A stretch of 52,094 bases of DNA from Guillardia theta CCMP2712 (lineage: Eukaryota > Protista > Cryptophyta): the NCBI RefSeq assembly GCF_000315625.1, contig NW_005434556.1:174309-226402 (forward strand), given 5' to 3'. Under the pieces are notes generated by a model. It ran no database searches. It had not been told where the DNA came from and worked only from the letters and a program-made list of their open reading frames with translations. Each line of letters starts with the position of its first letter. Position 1 is the first letter of the stretch. The position numbers were made by a program, and so were the translations under genes. Positions 11,952-23,030 of the stretch are shown here, piece by piece.

Positions 11952-13619
11952 ATGTTCGCGCTGCCCTGGACGGGAGACATGGCGAGAAGCTCCTCCAGCC
12001 CCTGCCGCGCTCGCAGCAAGAGACCGAGGGTCGAGGCCTCCGAGGAAGGAGGAGGAGCCCTCAAGGCATGGCCGCCTGCCGACACTGAGGAGGGAGAGGA
12101 AGGCAGGATACGGAAGGAAGCCGAGAGGGGGTCATGCAAGAAGAAGCGCAAAGAAGAGAAGAGCCAGGAGAGAGCAGAGGGCAGCGTCTGCACCCACGGC
12201 CGCAGGAGATCTCGATGCAAGGAGTGCGGGGGAGGCAGCATCTGCCCCCACGGCCGTCAGCGATCTAAATGCAAGGAGTGCGGGGGAGCCAGCATCTGCC
12301 TCCACGGGCGGAGGCGATCTACATGCAAGGAGTGCGGGGGAGCCAGCATCTGCCCCCACGGCCGTATACGATCTCGATGCAAGGAGTGCGGGGGAGCCAG
12401 CATCTGCCCCCACGGCCGTCAGCGATGTCGATGCAAGGAGTGCGGGGGATCCAGCATCTGCCCCCACGGCCGTGTACGAGGTACATGCAAGGAGTGCGGG
12501 GGATCCAGCATCTGCCCCCACGGCCGTATACGATATGGATGCAAGGAGTGCGGGGGATCCAGCATCTGCCCCCACGGCCGCATACGATCTCGATGCAGGG
12601 AGTGCGGGGGAGGCAGCATCTGCCCCCACGGCCGTCAGCGATCTGAATGCAAGGAGTGCGGGGGATCCAGCATCTGCCCCCACGGTCGTACACGATCTCG
12701 ATGCAAGGAGTGCGGGGGAGCCAGCATCTGCCCCCACGCCCGTGTACGATCTCGATGCAAGGAGTGCGGGGGAGGCAGCATCTGCCCCCACGGCCGGAGG
12801 CGATCTGAATGCAGGGAGTGCGGGGGAGCCAGCATCTGCCCCCACGGCCGGAGGCGATCTACATGCAAGGAGTGCGGGGGATCCAGCATCTGCCCCCACG
12901 GCCGGAGGCGATCTGAATGCAAGGAGTGCGGGGGAGCCAGCGTCTGCCCCCACGGCCGTATACGAGGTACATGCAAGGAGTGCGGGGGAGGCAGCATCTG
13001 CCCCCACGGCCGGAGGCGATCTGAATGCAAGGAGTGCGGGGGAGCCAGCATCTGCCCCCACGGCCGGAGGCAATCTGAATGCAAGGAGTGCGGGGGAGGC
13101 AGCATCTGCCCCCACGGCCGGAGGCGATCTGAATGCAAGGAGTGCGGGGGAGCCAGCATCTGCCCCCACGCCCGTGTACGATCTCGATGCAAGGAGTGCG
13201 GGGGAGCCAGCATCTGCCTTCACGGCCGGAGGCGATCTGAATGCAAGGAGTGCGGGGGAGGCAGCGTCTGCCCCCATGGTCGTACACGATCCCGATGCAA
13301 GGAGTGCGGGGGAGCCAGCATCTGCCCCCACGGCCGTATACTATCTCGATGCAAGGAGTGCGGGGGAGGCAGCATCTGCCCCCACGCCCGTAGACGCTCT
13401 ACATGCAAGGAGTGCGGGGGAGGCAGCATCTGCCTCCATGGGCGGAGGCGATCTACATGCAAGGAGTGCGGGGGATCTAGCATCTGCCCCCACGGCCGCA
13501 TACGATATGGATGCAAGGAGTGCGGGGGAGGCAGCGTCTGCCCCCACGGCCGGAGGCGATCTACATGCAAGGAGTGTATCGCTGTGTCTGCGCTAGTATC
13601 TGGCGCGTGTGCGCAATGA
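11952..13619 (+). CDS. CxH-x6-CxxC repeat (putative zinc-finger array) protein, copy B, 26 repeats
   Basis: 555 aa = 77-aa leader with basic NLS-like motifs (KRPR, KKKRK) + 26 x 18-aa repeats (54 bp) + short tail. Confidence 0.85.
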   Translation: MFALPWTGDMARSSSSPCRARSKRPRVEASEEGGGALKAWPPADTEEGEEGRIRKEAERGSCKKKRKEEKSQERAEGSVCTHGRRRSRCKECGGGSICPHGRQRSKCKECGGASICLHGRRRSTCKECGGASICPHGRIRSRCKECGGASICPHGRQRCRCKECGGSSICPHGRVRGTCKECGGSSICPHGRIRYGCKECGGSSICPHGRIRSRCRECGGGSICPHGRQRSECKECGGSSICPHGRTRSRCKECGGASICPHARVRSRCKECGGGSICPHGRRRSECRECGGASICPHGRRRSTCKECGGSSICPHGRRRSECKECGGASVCPHGRIRGTCKECGGGSICPHGRRRSECKECGGASICPHGRRQSECKECGGGSICPHGRRRSECKECGGASICPHARVRSRCKECGGASICLHGRRRSECKECGGGSVCPHGRTRSRCKECGGASICPHGRILSRCKECGGGSICPHARRRSTCKECGGGSICLHGRRRSTCKECGGSSICPHGRIRYGCKECGGGSVCPHGRRRSTCKECIAVSALVSGACAQ

Positions 13620-14289
13620 TCTGTCATGTACGTACAGGCTCTCACAACCCGGGCTCTTTAGACGGATCACTTGGCTGCAACTGGTCAGGTCTGCTATCCT
13701 CACGCTCGTGGCAGGAGGTCGCACCACGAGGGCAGGTCAACATTCTTACCATCACCCAGACCAAGTATCAAGAGGATCATCGGAGGAGCTTCGATGGTGA
13801 ACCATCCATGTTGTGGTACACCGGACCTTGGCTCACACCGCACTCCTAGAGTCCACGTGACAGAAGGAGACCTCCATGATCTGACGAGCAGCAGTAGCCT
13901 GCCCTGCTTGATACGGTCTAGTAAAAGCAAGTCCTGATTGATCTATCTTGTTTCTCCAAGGATGCGCGTGCAACATCACTCTCCGCTTCACCAGAGGCTC
14001 CTCTTGCTGCTGCTGCCCTTTGCGCGGTGTGTGCGACAGGCTCTCTTTTCTTTTCTCTTGTCTCTCTGCCTCTCTGTCTCTCTGCCTCATTGTCTGTGCT
14101 TCTTGTTGTCTTTGTGGTAGGTGTAAGTCGTACGCACGTCAGATCCGATCCCTACTTCCACCCTGATCACGTACGGTATGATTTCACTGTCTTCAAAGGT
14201 CAAGAGAGGGTGGGGTAGTCGGGTAGAGGAGATCCACAAACTTCCTTCTTCCCGCCTTTTTGCACAAGTCCAACCCCAGCGACTCCAAA

Positions 14290-15048
14290 ATGGGGGGAGC
14301 GAGTTCATCGCTGAGGCTGGTAGGCGCGCTGCCATCGGACGTGCATGGGATGATGTACGAGCACCTGATCTCTCCGCGCAACCTTGTGTGGACCATGGAC
14401 GATGCTGCGGTGACCGCGGGGATGCTGATCTCGGTGTGCATGGATGTGCGGGAGGGCTTTGCCCGTGGGCTATGGGCGAGGCTGAGGAGTGTGTTGCCTT
14501 GTCCTCGGGGGCAGCAGCACGGAGTTGTGGATATGAGGGGGTTTATCCGTGAGGTCGGGATCAAGCGGGTCCGTGGAGGGTCCTCTCTTGATGAGAGGGT
14601 TGTGTCGTATTTCGAGGAGAGGCCCGATATGCTGATGAACCCGATCCATCCACTGCAGCGGAGGGTGACGACGTGCGGGGAGAAGATGTTCTACTGGAGG
14701 GCGAGGAGGACGTTCAAGCTGGAGGATGGGGCCCTCAAGGGTCTTGTGTGGAGGACAACGGAGCGGAGGCACTGGGGAAACTGCAGCAGCTACCGGGAGA
14801 TCCGGCGTGTTGCGAGGGAGGTGCATGGTTTTGGCGGATTGCGGGAGACCAAAACAAATTCGGCATCGATTTTGAGATCTCAGAGCTTTAGAGCCGTTAC
14901 AAGACAATGTCGTTGCCTTTTCTGCAGCAGCCGCCGCTCTTGGCGGGGGGCATCATGTTGTACCGGGAAGTCCGTCCAGAGGGTCCTGCCAGGGTCGTTG
15001 CTGTCGTCCTCGTCTCAGCGTCTTGGTCGGCGTACCGGAGGGCGATGA
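14290..15048 (+). CDS. Companion ORF2 (unit B): N-terminal F-box-like motif and XPA C-terminal-like segment
   Basis: ATG at 14290. LVGALPSDVHGMMYEHL resembles an F-box start. ARRTFKLEDGALKGL...RHWGN...YREIRRVAREVHGFGGL resembles the XPA DNA-binding C-terminal subdomain. Open in units B and D; domain calls are by eye. Confidence 0.55.
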   Translation: MGGASSSLRLVGALPSDVHGMMYEHLISPRNLVWTMDDAAVTAGMLISVCMDVREGFARGLWARLRSVLPCPRGQQHGVVDMRGFIREVGIKRVRGGSSLDERVVSYFEERPDMLMNPIHPLQRRVTTCGEKMFYWRARRTFKLEDGALKGLVWRTTERRHWGNCSSYREIRRVAREVHGFGGLRETKTNSASILRSQSFRAVTRQCRCLFCSSRRSWRGASCCTGKSVQRVLPGSLLSSSSQRLGRRTGGR

Positions 15049-16178
15049 CGATGCAGACGCAGAGTGCGGACCTGTGTGCTGTGCGTGTAGGGGGGGCGGG
15101 GGGGGAGTAGGGCTTACCCAGAGATGAGTAGGATGGCTGCGACGGGGGGACATACCCGGCGCTGGCGATGTCGACGTGGTTGTGCGAGGAAGTCAGTATG
15201 CTTGTGTGACCCGCCTTGGTGTGTGCGTGTGTTGATCGTCACCATGCTGGTGACGGGGAAGGCCTTGGCGATGAAGGGGACGCCGGTTCGCCTGTACGCC
15301 ATGCGTTCCCCCCCGAAGCTTCACGGGTTGCAACGTCTACAGCAAATACTCATCAAGGCACCTCCGCTGAATAACACACGAAGGTGAAGAGTAGAGATAT
15401 CAAGTATATTTGATAACACGAGCGCAGTATCGACCCGTGGCACATACAGCAAGGGGGAGGACAGACCACCTGAGCAGTTGTTGACGATCCTGTTAGGTCA
15501 AGGGGAAGCACCAGGGGTGGTGAGGCTCCTCACGCACGAGCGAGCATCTCTCGTGCGATCGCTTAGATCTGTAGCCTGCTCCTCCTCGAGGGTCAGCCAA
15601 TCGTACCCTATCGTCCTTCGGCGGCGGTCACAGCGACATCGCTGGGATGGCGCGGGGGTCTGGTGCTGCGCGCAGTGAAGTGAAGGTATCAGCAGTAGGC
15701 AGGATGAGGAGACTAACTTTGAGTGAAAGGACCCTTAGTCAAAGTCAGTCTCAGTGAATGAGCGGACCGGAGGGTGATAAGAGCCGGGGCCCGACTGACT
15801 GACCCACAAACTTTCATCTTCCCGCCATTTCTCTACGGTCGTAACTTCATCACACCACCCCACCCACCCACCCTCTTCCTAGAGCTTTATTACCATCTAG
15901 TACCCTACCCCCTCCATACCATCCACTGACTAGACTGAGTGAACTCTGCGGCTGAATGTCAGTCGGCGGTCTGTAGGACCCCACCCCGTGTGACCCCTGT
16001 GATCCCCTGACTCCACCCCCTCTTTCACCATACGGGTGTCTGAGTGGGAGGCCCTGCAGGAGCACGGGAGGGTGGGGTAGTCAGGTAGGCTTCTTCCCGC
16101 CTTTTTCTTCCCTCCCCTCCTACCCCCTGCCTTGCTACCCCTACCCCTCCCGCCTTCCGTCCTCCACCCGACGACGGC

Positions 16179-18386
16179 ATGTTCGCGCTGCCCTGGACGG
16201 GAGACATGGCGAGAAGCTCCTCCAGCCCCTGCCGCGCTCGCAGCAAGAGACCGAGGGTCGAGGCTTCCGAGGGAGGAGGAGGAGCCCTCAAGGCATGGCC
16301 GCCTGCCGACACTGAGGAGGGAGAGGAAGGCAGGATACGGGAGGGAGCAGAGAGAGGGTCATGCAAGAAGAAGCGCAAAGAAGAGCAGAGCCAGAATAGG
16401 GGGAGAGGCAGCATCTGCCCCCACGGCCGACAGAAAGCTGGATGCAAGAAGTGCGGGGGAGGCAGCATCTGCCCCCACGGCCGTATACGATCTCGATGCA
16501 AGGAGTGCGGGGGAGGCAGCATCTGCCCCCACGGCCGTCAGCGATCTCGATGCAAGGAGTGCGGGGGAGGCAGTATCTGCCCCCACGCCCGTATACGATA
16601 TGGATGTAAGGAGTGCGGGGGAGCCAGCATCTGCGTCCACGGCCGGAGGCGATCTCGATGCAGGGAGTGCGGGGGAGCCAGCATCTGCCCCCACGGCCGG
16701 AGGCGATCTGAATGCAAGGAGTGCGGGGGAGGCAGCGTCTGCCCCCACGGCCGGAGGCAATCTCGATGCAAGGAGTGCGGGGGAGGCAGCGTCTGCCCCC
16801 ACGGCCGGAGGCGCTCCGAATGCAACGAGTGCGGGGGAGGCAGCATCTGCCCCCACGGCCGTCAGCGATCTACATGCAGGGAGTGCGGGGGAGCCAGCAT
16901 CTGCCCCCACGGCCGTCAGCGATCTACATGCAAGGAGTGCGGGGGAGGCAGCATCTGCCCCCACGGCCGTCAGCGATCTCGATGCAAGGAGTGCGGGGGA
17001 GGCAGTATCTGCCCCCACGCCCGTATACGATATGGATGTAAGGAGTGCGGGGGAGCCAGCATCTGCGTCCACGGCCGGAGGCGATCTCGATGCAGGGAGT
17101 GCGGGGGAGCCAGCATCTGCCCCCACGGCCGGAGGCGATCTGAATGCAAGGAGTGCGGGGGAGGCAGCGTCTGCCCCCACGGCCGGAGGCAATCTCGATG
17201 CAAGGAGTGCGGGGGAGGCAGCGTCTGCCCCCACGGCCGGAGGCGCTCCGAATGCAACGAGTGCGGGGGAGGCAGCATCTGCCCCCACGGCCGTCAGCGA
17301 TCTACATGCAGGGAGTGCGGGGGAGCCAGCATCTGCCCCCACGGCCGTCAGCGATCTACATGCAGGGAGTGCGGGGGAGCCAGCATCTGCCCCCACGGCC
17401 GTCAGCGATCTACATGCAAGGAGTGCGGGGGAGGCAGCATCTGCCCCCACGGCCGTCAGCGATCTCGATGCAAGGAGTGCGGGGGAGGCAGTATCTGCCC
17501 CCACGCCCGTATACGATATGGATGTAAGGAGTGCGGGGGAGCCAGCATCTGCGTCCACGGCCGGAGGCGATCTCGATGCAGGGAGTGCGGGGGAGCCAGC
17601 ATCTGCCCCCACGGCCGGAGGCGATCTGAATGCAAGGAGTGCGGGGGAGGCAGCGTCTGCCCCCACGGCCGGAGGCAATCTCGATGCAAGGAGTGCGGGG
17701 GAGGCAGCGTCTGCCCCCACGGCCGGAGGCGCTCCGAATGCAACGAGTGCGGGGGAGGCAGCGTCTGCCCCCACGGCCGTCAGCGATCTACATGCAGGGA
17801 GTGCGGGGGAGGCAGCATCTGCCCCCACGGCCGTCAGCGATCTACATGCAAGGAGTGCGGGGGAGCCAGCATCTGCCCCCACGCCCGTGTACGATCTCGA
17901 TGCAAGGAGTGCGGGGGAGCCAGCATCTGCCCCCACGGCCGTCAGCGATTTGAATGTAAGGAGTGCGGGGGAGGCAGTATCTGCCCCCACGGCCATATAC
18001 GAGGTACATGCAAGGTGTGCGGGGGAGGCAGCATCTGCCCCCACGCCCGTATACTATCTCGATGCAAGGAGTGCGGGGGAGTCAGCATCTGCCCCCACGG
18101 CCGCATACGATCTCGATGCAAGGAGTGCGGGGGAGCCAGCATCTGCCCCCACGCCCGTAGACGATCTACATGCAAGGAGTGCGGGGGATCCAGCGTCTGC
18201 CCCCACGGCCGGAGGCGATCTACATGCAAGGAGTGCGGGGGATCCAGCATCTGCCCCCACGGCCGTATACGATATGGATGCAAGGAGTGCGGGGGAGGCA
18301 GCGTCTGCGTCCACGGCCGGAGGCGATCTCAATGCAAGGAGTGTATCGCTGTGTCTGCGCTAGTATCTGGCGCGTGTGCGCAATGA
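16179..18386 (+). CDS. CxH-x6-CxxC repeat (putative zinc-finger array) protein, copy C, 36 repeats
   Basis: 735-aa ORF with 36 repeats, including a thrice-repeated 8-9-finger block. Confidence 0.85.
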   Translation: MFALPWTGDMARSSSSPCRARSKRPRVEASEGGGGALKAWPPADTEEGEEGRIREGAERGSCKKKRKEEQSQNRGRGSICPHGRQKAGCKKCGGGSICPHGRIRSRCKECGGGSICPHGRQRSRCKECGGGSICPHARIRYGCKECGGASICVHGRRRSRCRECGGASICPHGRRRSECKECGGGSVCPHGRRQSRCKECGGGSVCPHGRRRSECNECGGGSICPHGRQRSTCRECGGASICPHGRQRSTCKECGGGSICPHGRQRSRCKECGGGSICPHARIRYGCKECGGASICVHGRRRSRCRECGGASICPHGRRRSECKECGGGSVCPHGRRQSRCKECGGGSVCPHGRRRSECNECGGGSICPHGRQRSTCRECGGASICPHGRQRSTCRECGGASICPHGRQRSTCKECGGGSICPHGRQRSRCKECGGGSICPHARIRYGCKECGGASICVHGRRRSRCRECGGASICPHGRRRSECKECGGGSVCPHGRRQSRCKECGGGSVCPHGRRRSECNECGGGSVCPHGRQRSTCRECGGGSICPHGRQRSTCKECGGASICPHARVRSRCKECGGASICPHGRQRFECKECGGGSICPHGHIRGTCKVCGGGSICPHARILSRCKECGGVSICPHGRIRSRCKECGGASICPHARRRSTCKECGGSSVCPHGRRRSTCKECGGSSICPHGRIRYGCKECGGGSVCVHGRRRSQCKECIAVSALVSGACAQ

Positions 18387-19050
18387 TCTGCCATGTACGT
18401 ACAGGCTCTCACAGCCCGGGCTCTTTAGACGGATCACTAGGCTGCAACTGGTCAGGTCTGCTATCCTCACGCTCGTGGCAGGAGGTCGCACCACGAGGGC
18501 AGGTCAACATTCTTACCATCACCCAGACCAAGTATCAAGAGGATCATCGGAGGAGCTTCGATGGTGAACCATCCATGTTGTGGTACACCGCCTTCACACC
18601 GCACTCCTAGAGTCCACGTGACAGAAGGAGACCTCCATGATCTGACGAGCAGCAGTAGCCTGCCCTGCTTGATACGGTCTAGTAAAAGCAAGTCCTGATT
18701 GATCTATCTTGTTTCTCCAAGGATGCGCGTGCAACATCACTCTCCGCTTCACCAGAGGCTCCTCTTGCTGCTGCTGCCCTTTGCGCGGTGTGTGCGACAG
18801 GCTCTCTTTTCTTTTCTCTTGTCTCTCTGTCTCTCTGTCTCTCTGCCTCATTGTCTGTGCTTCTTGTTGTCTTGGTGGTAGGTGTAAGTCGTACGCACGT
18901 CAGATCCGATCCCTACTTCCACCCTGATCACGTACGGTATGATTTCACTGTCTTCAAAGGTCAAGAGAGGGTGGGGTAGTCGGGTAGAGGAGATCCACAA
19001 ACTTCCTTCTTCCCGCCTTTTTGCACAAGTCCAACCCCAGCGACTCTGAA

Positions 19051-19837
19051 ATGGGGGGAGCGAGTTCATCGCTGAGGCTGGTAGGCGCGCTGCCATCGGA
19101 CGTGCATGGGATGATGTACGAGCACCTGATCTCTCCGCGCAACCTTGTGTGGACCATGGACGAGGCTGCGGTGACCGCGGGGATGCTGATCTCGGTGTGC
19201 ATGGATGTGCGGGAGGGCTTTGCCCGTGGGCTATGGGCGAGGCTGAGGAGTGTGTTGCCTTGTCCTCGGGGGCAGCAGCACGGAGTTGTGGATATGAGGG
19301 GGTTTATCCGTGAGGTCGGGATCAAGCGGGTCCGTGGAGGGTCCTCTCTTGATGAGAGGGTTGTGTCGTATTTCGAGGAGAGGCCCGATATGCTGATGAA
19401 CCCGATCCATCCACTGCAGCGGAGGGTGACGACGTGCGGGGAGAAGATGTTCTACTGGAGGGCGAGGAGGACGTTCAAGCTGGAGGATGGGGCCCTCAAG
19501 GGTCTTGTGTGGAGGACAACGGAGCGGAGGCACTGGGGAAACTGCAGCAGCTACCGGGAGATCCCGGCGTGTTGCGAGGAGTGCATGGTTTTGGCGATTG
19601 CGGGAGACCAAACAAATTCGACATCGATTTTNNNNNNNNNNNNNNNNNNNNNNNNNNNNNNNNNNNNNNNNNNNNNNNNNNNNNNNNNNNNNNNNNNNNN
19701 NNNNNNNNNNNNNNNNNNNNNNNNNNNNNNNTGGCGGGGGCATCATGTGTACCGGGAAGTCCGTCCAGAGGGTCCTGCCAGGGTCGTTGCTGTCGTCCTC
19801 GTCTCAGCGTCTTGGTCGGCGTACCGGAGGGCGATGA
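19051..19837 (+). CDS. Companion ORF2 (unit C), interrupted by an assembly gap
   Basis: Near-identical to 14290-15048. The indels flanking the N-gap at 19632-19731 look like low-quality contig ends. Confidence 0.45.
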
Positions 19838-20050
19838 CGATGCAGACGCAGAGTGCGGACCTGTGTGCTGTGCGTGTAGGGGGGGCGACAGGGGGCGGGG
19901 GGGGAGTAGGGCTTACCCAGAGATGAGTAGGATGGCTGCGACGGGGGGACATACCCGGCGCTGGCGATGTCGACGTGGTTGTGCGAGGAAGTCAGTATGC
20001 TTGTGTGACCCGCCTTGGTGTGTGCGTGTGTTGATCGTCACCATGCTGGT

Positions 20051-20161
20051 GACGGGGAAGACCTTGGCGATGAAGGGACGCCGAAGACCTTGGCGATGAA
20101 GGGGACGGGGAAAACCTTGGCGATGAAGGGGACGGGGAAGACCTTGGCGATGAAGGGGACG
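20051..20161 (+). repeat. Four tandem copies of a ~27-bp motif (gacggggaagaccttggcgatgaaggg), unit C only
   Basis: Units B and D have a single copy at the equivalent site (~15250, ~23997). Confidence 0.85.
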
Positions 20162-21056
20162 CCGGTTCGCCTGTACGCCATGCGTCACCCCCCGAAGCTT
20201 TACGGGTTGCAACGTCTACAGCAAATACTCAAGGCACCTCCGCTGGATAACACACGAAGGTGAAGAGTAGAGATATGAAGTATATTTGATAACACGAGCG
20301 CAGTATCGACCCGTGGCACATACAGCAAGGGGGAGGACAGACCACCTGAGCAGTTGTTGACGACCCTGTTATGGTCAAGGGGAAGCACCAGGGGTGGTGA
20401 GGCTCCTCACGCACGAGCGAGCATCTCTCGTGCGATCGCTTAGATCTGTAGCCTGCTCCTCCTCGAGGGTCAGCCAATCGTACCCTATCGTCCTTCGGCG
20501 GCGGTCACAGCGACATCGCTGGGATGGCGCGGGGGTCTGGTGCTGCGCGCAGTGAAGTGAAGGTATCAGCAGTAGGCAGGATGAGGAGACTAACTTAGAG
20601 TGAAAGGACCCTTAGTCGAAGTCAGTCTCAGTGAATGAGCGGACCGGAGGGGTGATAAGAGCCGGGGCCCGACTGACTGACCCACAAACTTTCATCTTCC
20701 CGCCATTTCTCTACGGTCGTAACTTCATCACACCACCCCACCCACCCACCCTCTTCCTAGCACTTTACCATCTAGTACCCTACCCCCTCCATACCATCCA
20801 CTGACTAGCCTGAGTGATCTCTGCGGCTGAATGTCAGTCGGCAGGTCTGTAGGACCCCACCCCGTGTGACTCCTGTGATCCCCCTACTCCACCCCCTCTC
20901 TCACCATACGGGTGGTCTGAGTGGGATGCCCCTGCAGGAGCACGGGAGGGTGGGGTAGTCAGGTAGGCTTCTTCCCGCCTTTTTCTTCCCTCCCCTCCTA
21001 CCCCCTGCCTTGCTACCCCTACCCCTCCCGCCTTCCGTCCTCCACCCGACGACGGC

Positions 21057-22383
21057 ATGTTCGCGCTGCCCTGGACGGGAGACATGGCGAGAAGCTCCTC
21101 CAGCCCCTGCCGCGCTCGCAGCAAGAGACCGAGGGTCGAGGCCTCCGCAGGAGGAGGAGGAGCCGTCAAGGCATGGCCGCCTGCCGACACTGAGGAGGGA
21201 GAGGAAGGCAGGATACGGGAGGGAGCCGAGAGAGGGTCATGCAAGGAGAAGCGCAAAGAAGAGAAGAGCCAGGAGAGAGAGAGTGGGAGCGTCTGCCCCC
21301 ACGGCCGTATACGATCTCGATGCAAGGAGTGCGGGGGAGCCAGCATCTGCCCCCACGGCCGTATACGAGGTACATGTAAGGAGTGCGGGAGAGCCAGCGT
21401 CTGCCCCCACGGCCGCAAGCGATCTGAGTGCAAGGAGTGCGGGGGAGCCAGCATCTGCCCCCACGGCCGTAGGCGATCTCGATGCAAGGAGTGCGGGGGA
21501 TCCAGCATCTGCCCCCACGGCCGTATACGATCTGGATGCAAGGAGTGCGGGGGAGCCAGCATCTGCCCCCACGGCCGTAGGCGATCTCAATGTAAGGAGT
21601 GCGGGGGAGGCAGCATCTGCCCCCACGGCCGGAGGCGATCTACATGCAAGGAGTGCGGGGGAGGCAGCGTCTGCCCCCACGGCCGGAGGCGATCTGAATG
21701 CAAGGAGTGCGGGGGAGCCAGCGTCTGCCCCCACGGCCGCATCTGCCCCCACGGCCGTCAGAAAGCTGGAGGCCGGAGGCGATCTACATGCAAGGAGTGC
21801 GGGGGAGCCAGCATCTGCCCCCACGGCCGGAGGCGATCTACATGCAAGGAGTGCGGGGGAGGCAGCATCTGCCCCCACGGCCGCATACGATCTCAATGCA
21901 AGGAGTGCGGGGGAGGCAGCATCTGCCCCCACGGCCGTATACGATCTGGATGCAAGGAGTGCGGGGGGAGGCAGCATCTGCCCCCACGGCCGTATACTAT
22001 CTCAATGCAAGGAGTGCGGGGGAGGCAGCATCTGCCCCCACGGCCGCATACGATCTCGATGCAAGGAGTGCAGGGGAGCCAGCATCTGCCCCCACGGCCG
22101 TAGACGAGGTACATGCAAGGAGTGCGGGGGAGCCAGCGTCTGCCCCCACGGCCGGAGGCGATCTACATGCAAGGAGTGCGGGGGATCCAGCATCTGCCCC
22201 CACGGCCGTATACGATATGGATGCAAGGAGTGCGGGGGAGGCAGCGTCTGCGTCCACGGCCGCAGACGGTCTCAATGCAAGGAGTGCGGGGGAGGCAGCG
22301 TCTGCGTCCACGGCCGCAGACGGTCTCAATGCAAGGAGTGTATCGCTGTGTCTGCGCTAGTATCTGGCGCGTGTGCGCAATGA
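21057..22383 (+). pseudogene. CxH-x6-CxxC repeat protein, copy D, ~19 repeats, frameshifted
   Basis: An extra G (G6 instead of G5) at ~21963-21968 splits the array between ORFs 21057-22103 and 21010-22383. Repeat 9 is malformed (CPHGRICPHGRQKAGGRRRSTC). The extra G could be a sequencing error. Confidence 0.75.
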
Positions 22384-23030
22384 TCTGTCATGTACGTACA
22401 GGCTCTCACAACCCGGGCTCTTTAGACGGATCACTTGGCTGCAACTGGTCAGGTCTGCTGTCCTCACGCTCGTGGCAGGAGGTCGCACCACGAGGGCAGG
22501 TCAACATTCTTACCATCTTCCAGACCAAGTATCAAGAGGATCATCGGAGGAGCTTCGATGGTGAACCATCCGTGTTGTCCGCACTCCTAGAGTCCACGTG
22601 ACAGAAAGAGACCTCCATGATCTGACGAGCAGCAGTAGCCTGCCCTGCTTGATACGGTCTAGTAAAAGCAAGTCCTGATTGATCTATCTTGTTTCTCCAA
22701 GGATGCGCGTGCAACATCACTCTCTGCTTCACCAGAGGCTCCTCTTGCTGCTGCTGCCCTTTGCGCGGTGTGTGCGACAGGCTCTCTTTTCTTTTCTCTT
22801 GTCTCTCTGTCTCTCTGTCTCTCTGCCTCATTGTCTGTGCTTCTTGTTGTCTTGGTGGTAGGTGTAAGTCGTACGCACGTCAGATCCGATCCCTACTTCC
22901 ACCCTGATCACGTACGGTATGATTTCACTGTCTTCAAAGGTCAAGAGAGGGTGGGGTAGTCGGGTAGAGGAGATCCACAAACTTCCTTCTTCCCGTCTTT
23001 TTGCACAAGTCCAACCCCAGCGACTCTGAA

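Noticed and set aside
19560-19760. Frameshifts in unit C ORF2 as real pseudogenisation
   Set aside because: The indels cluster at the edges of an N-gap, typical of low-quality read ends.
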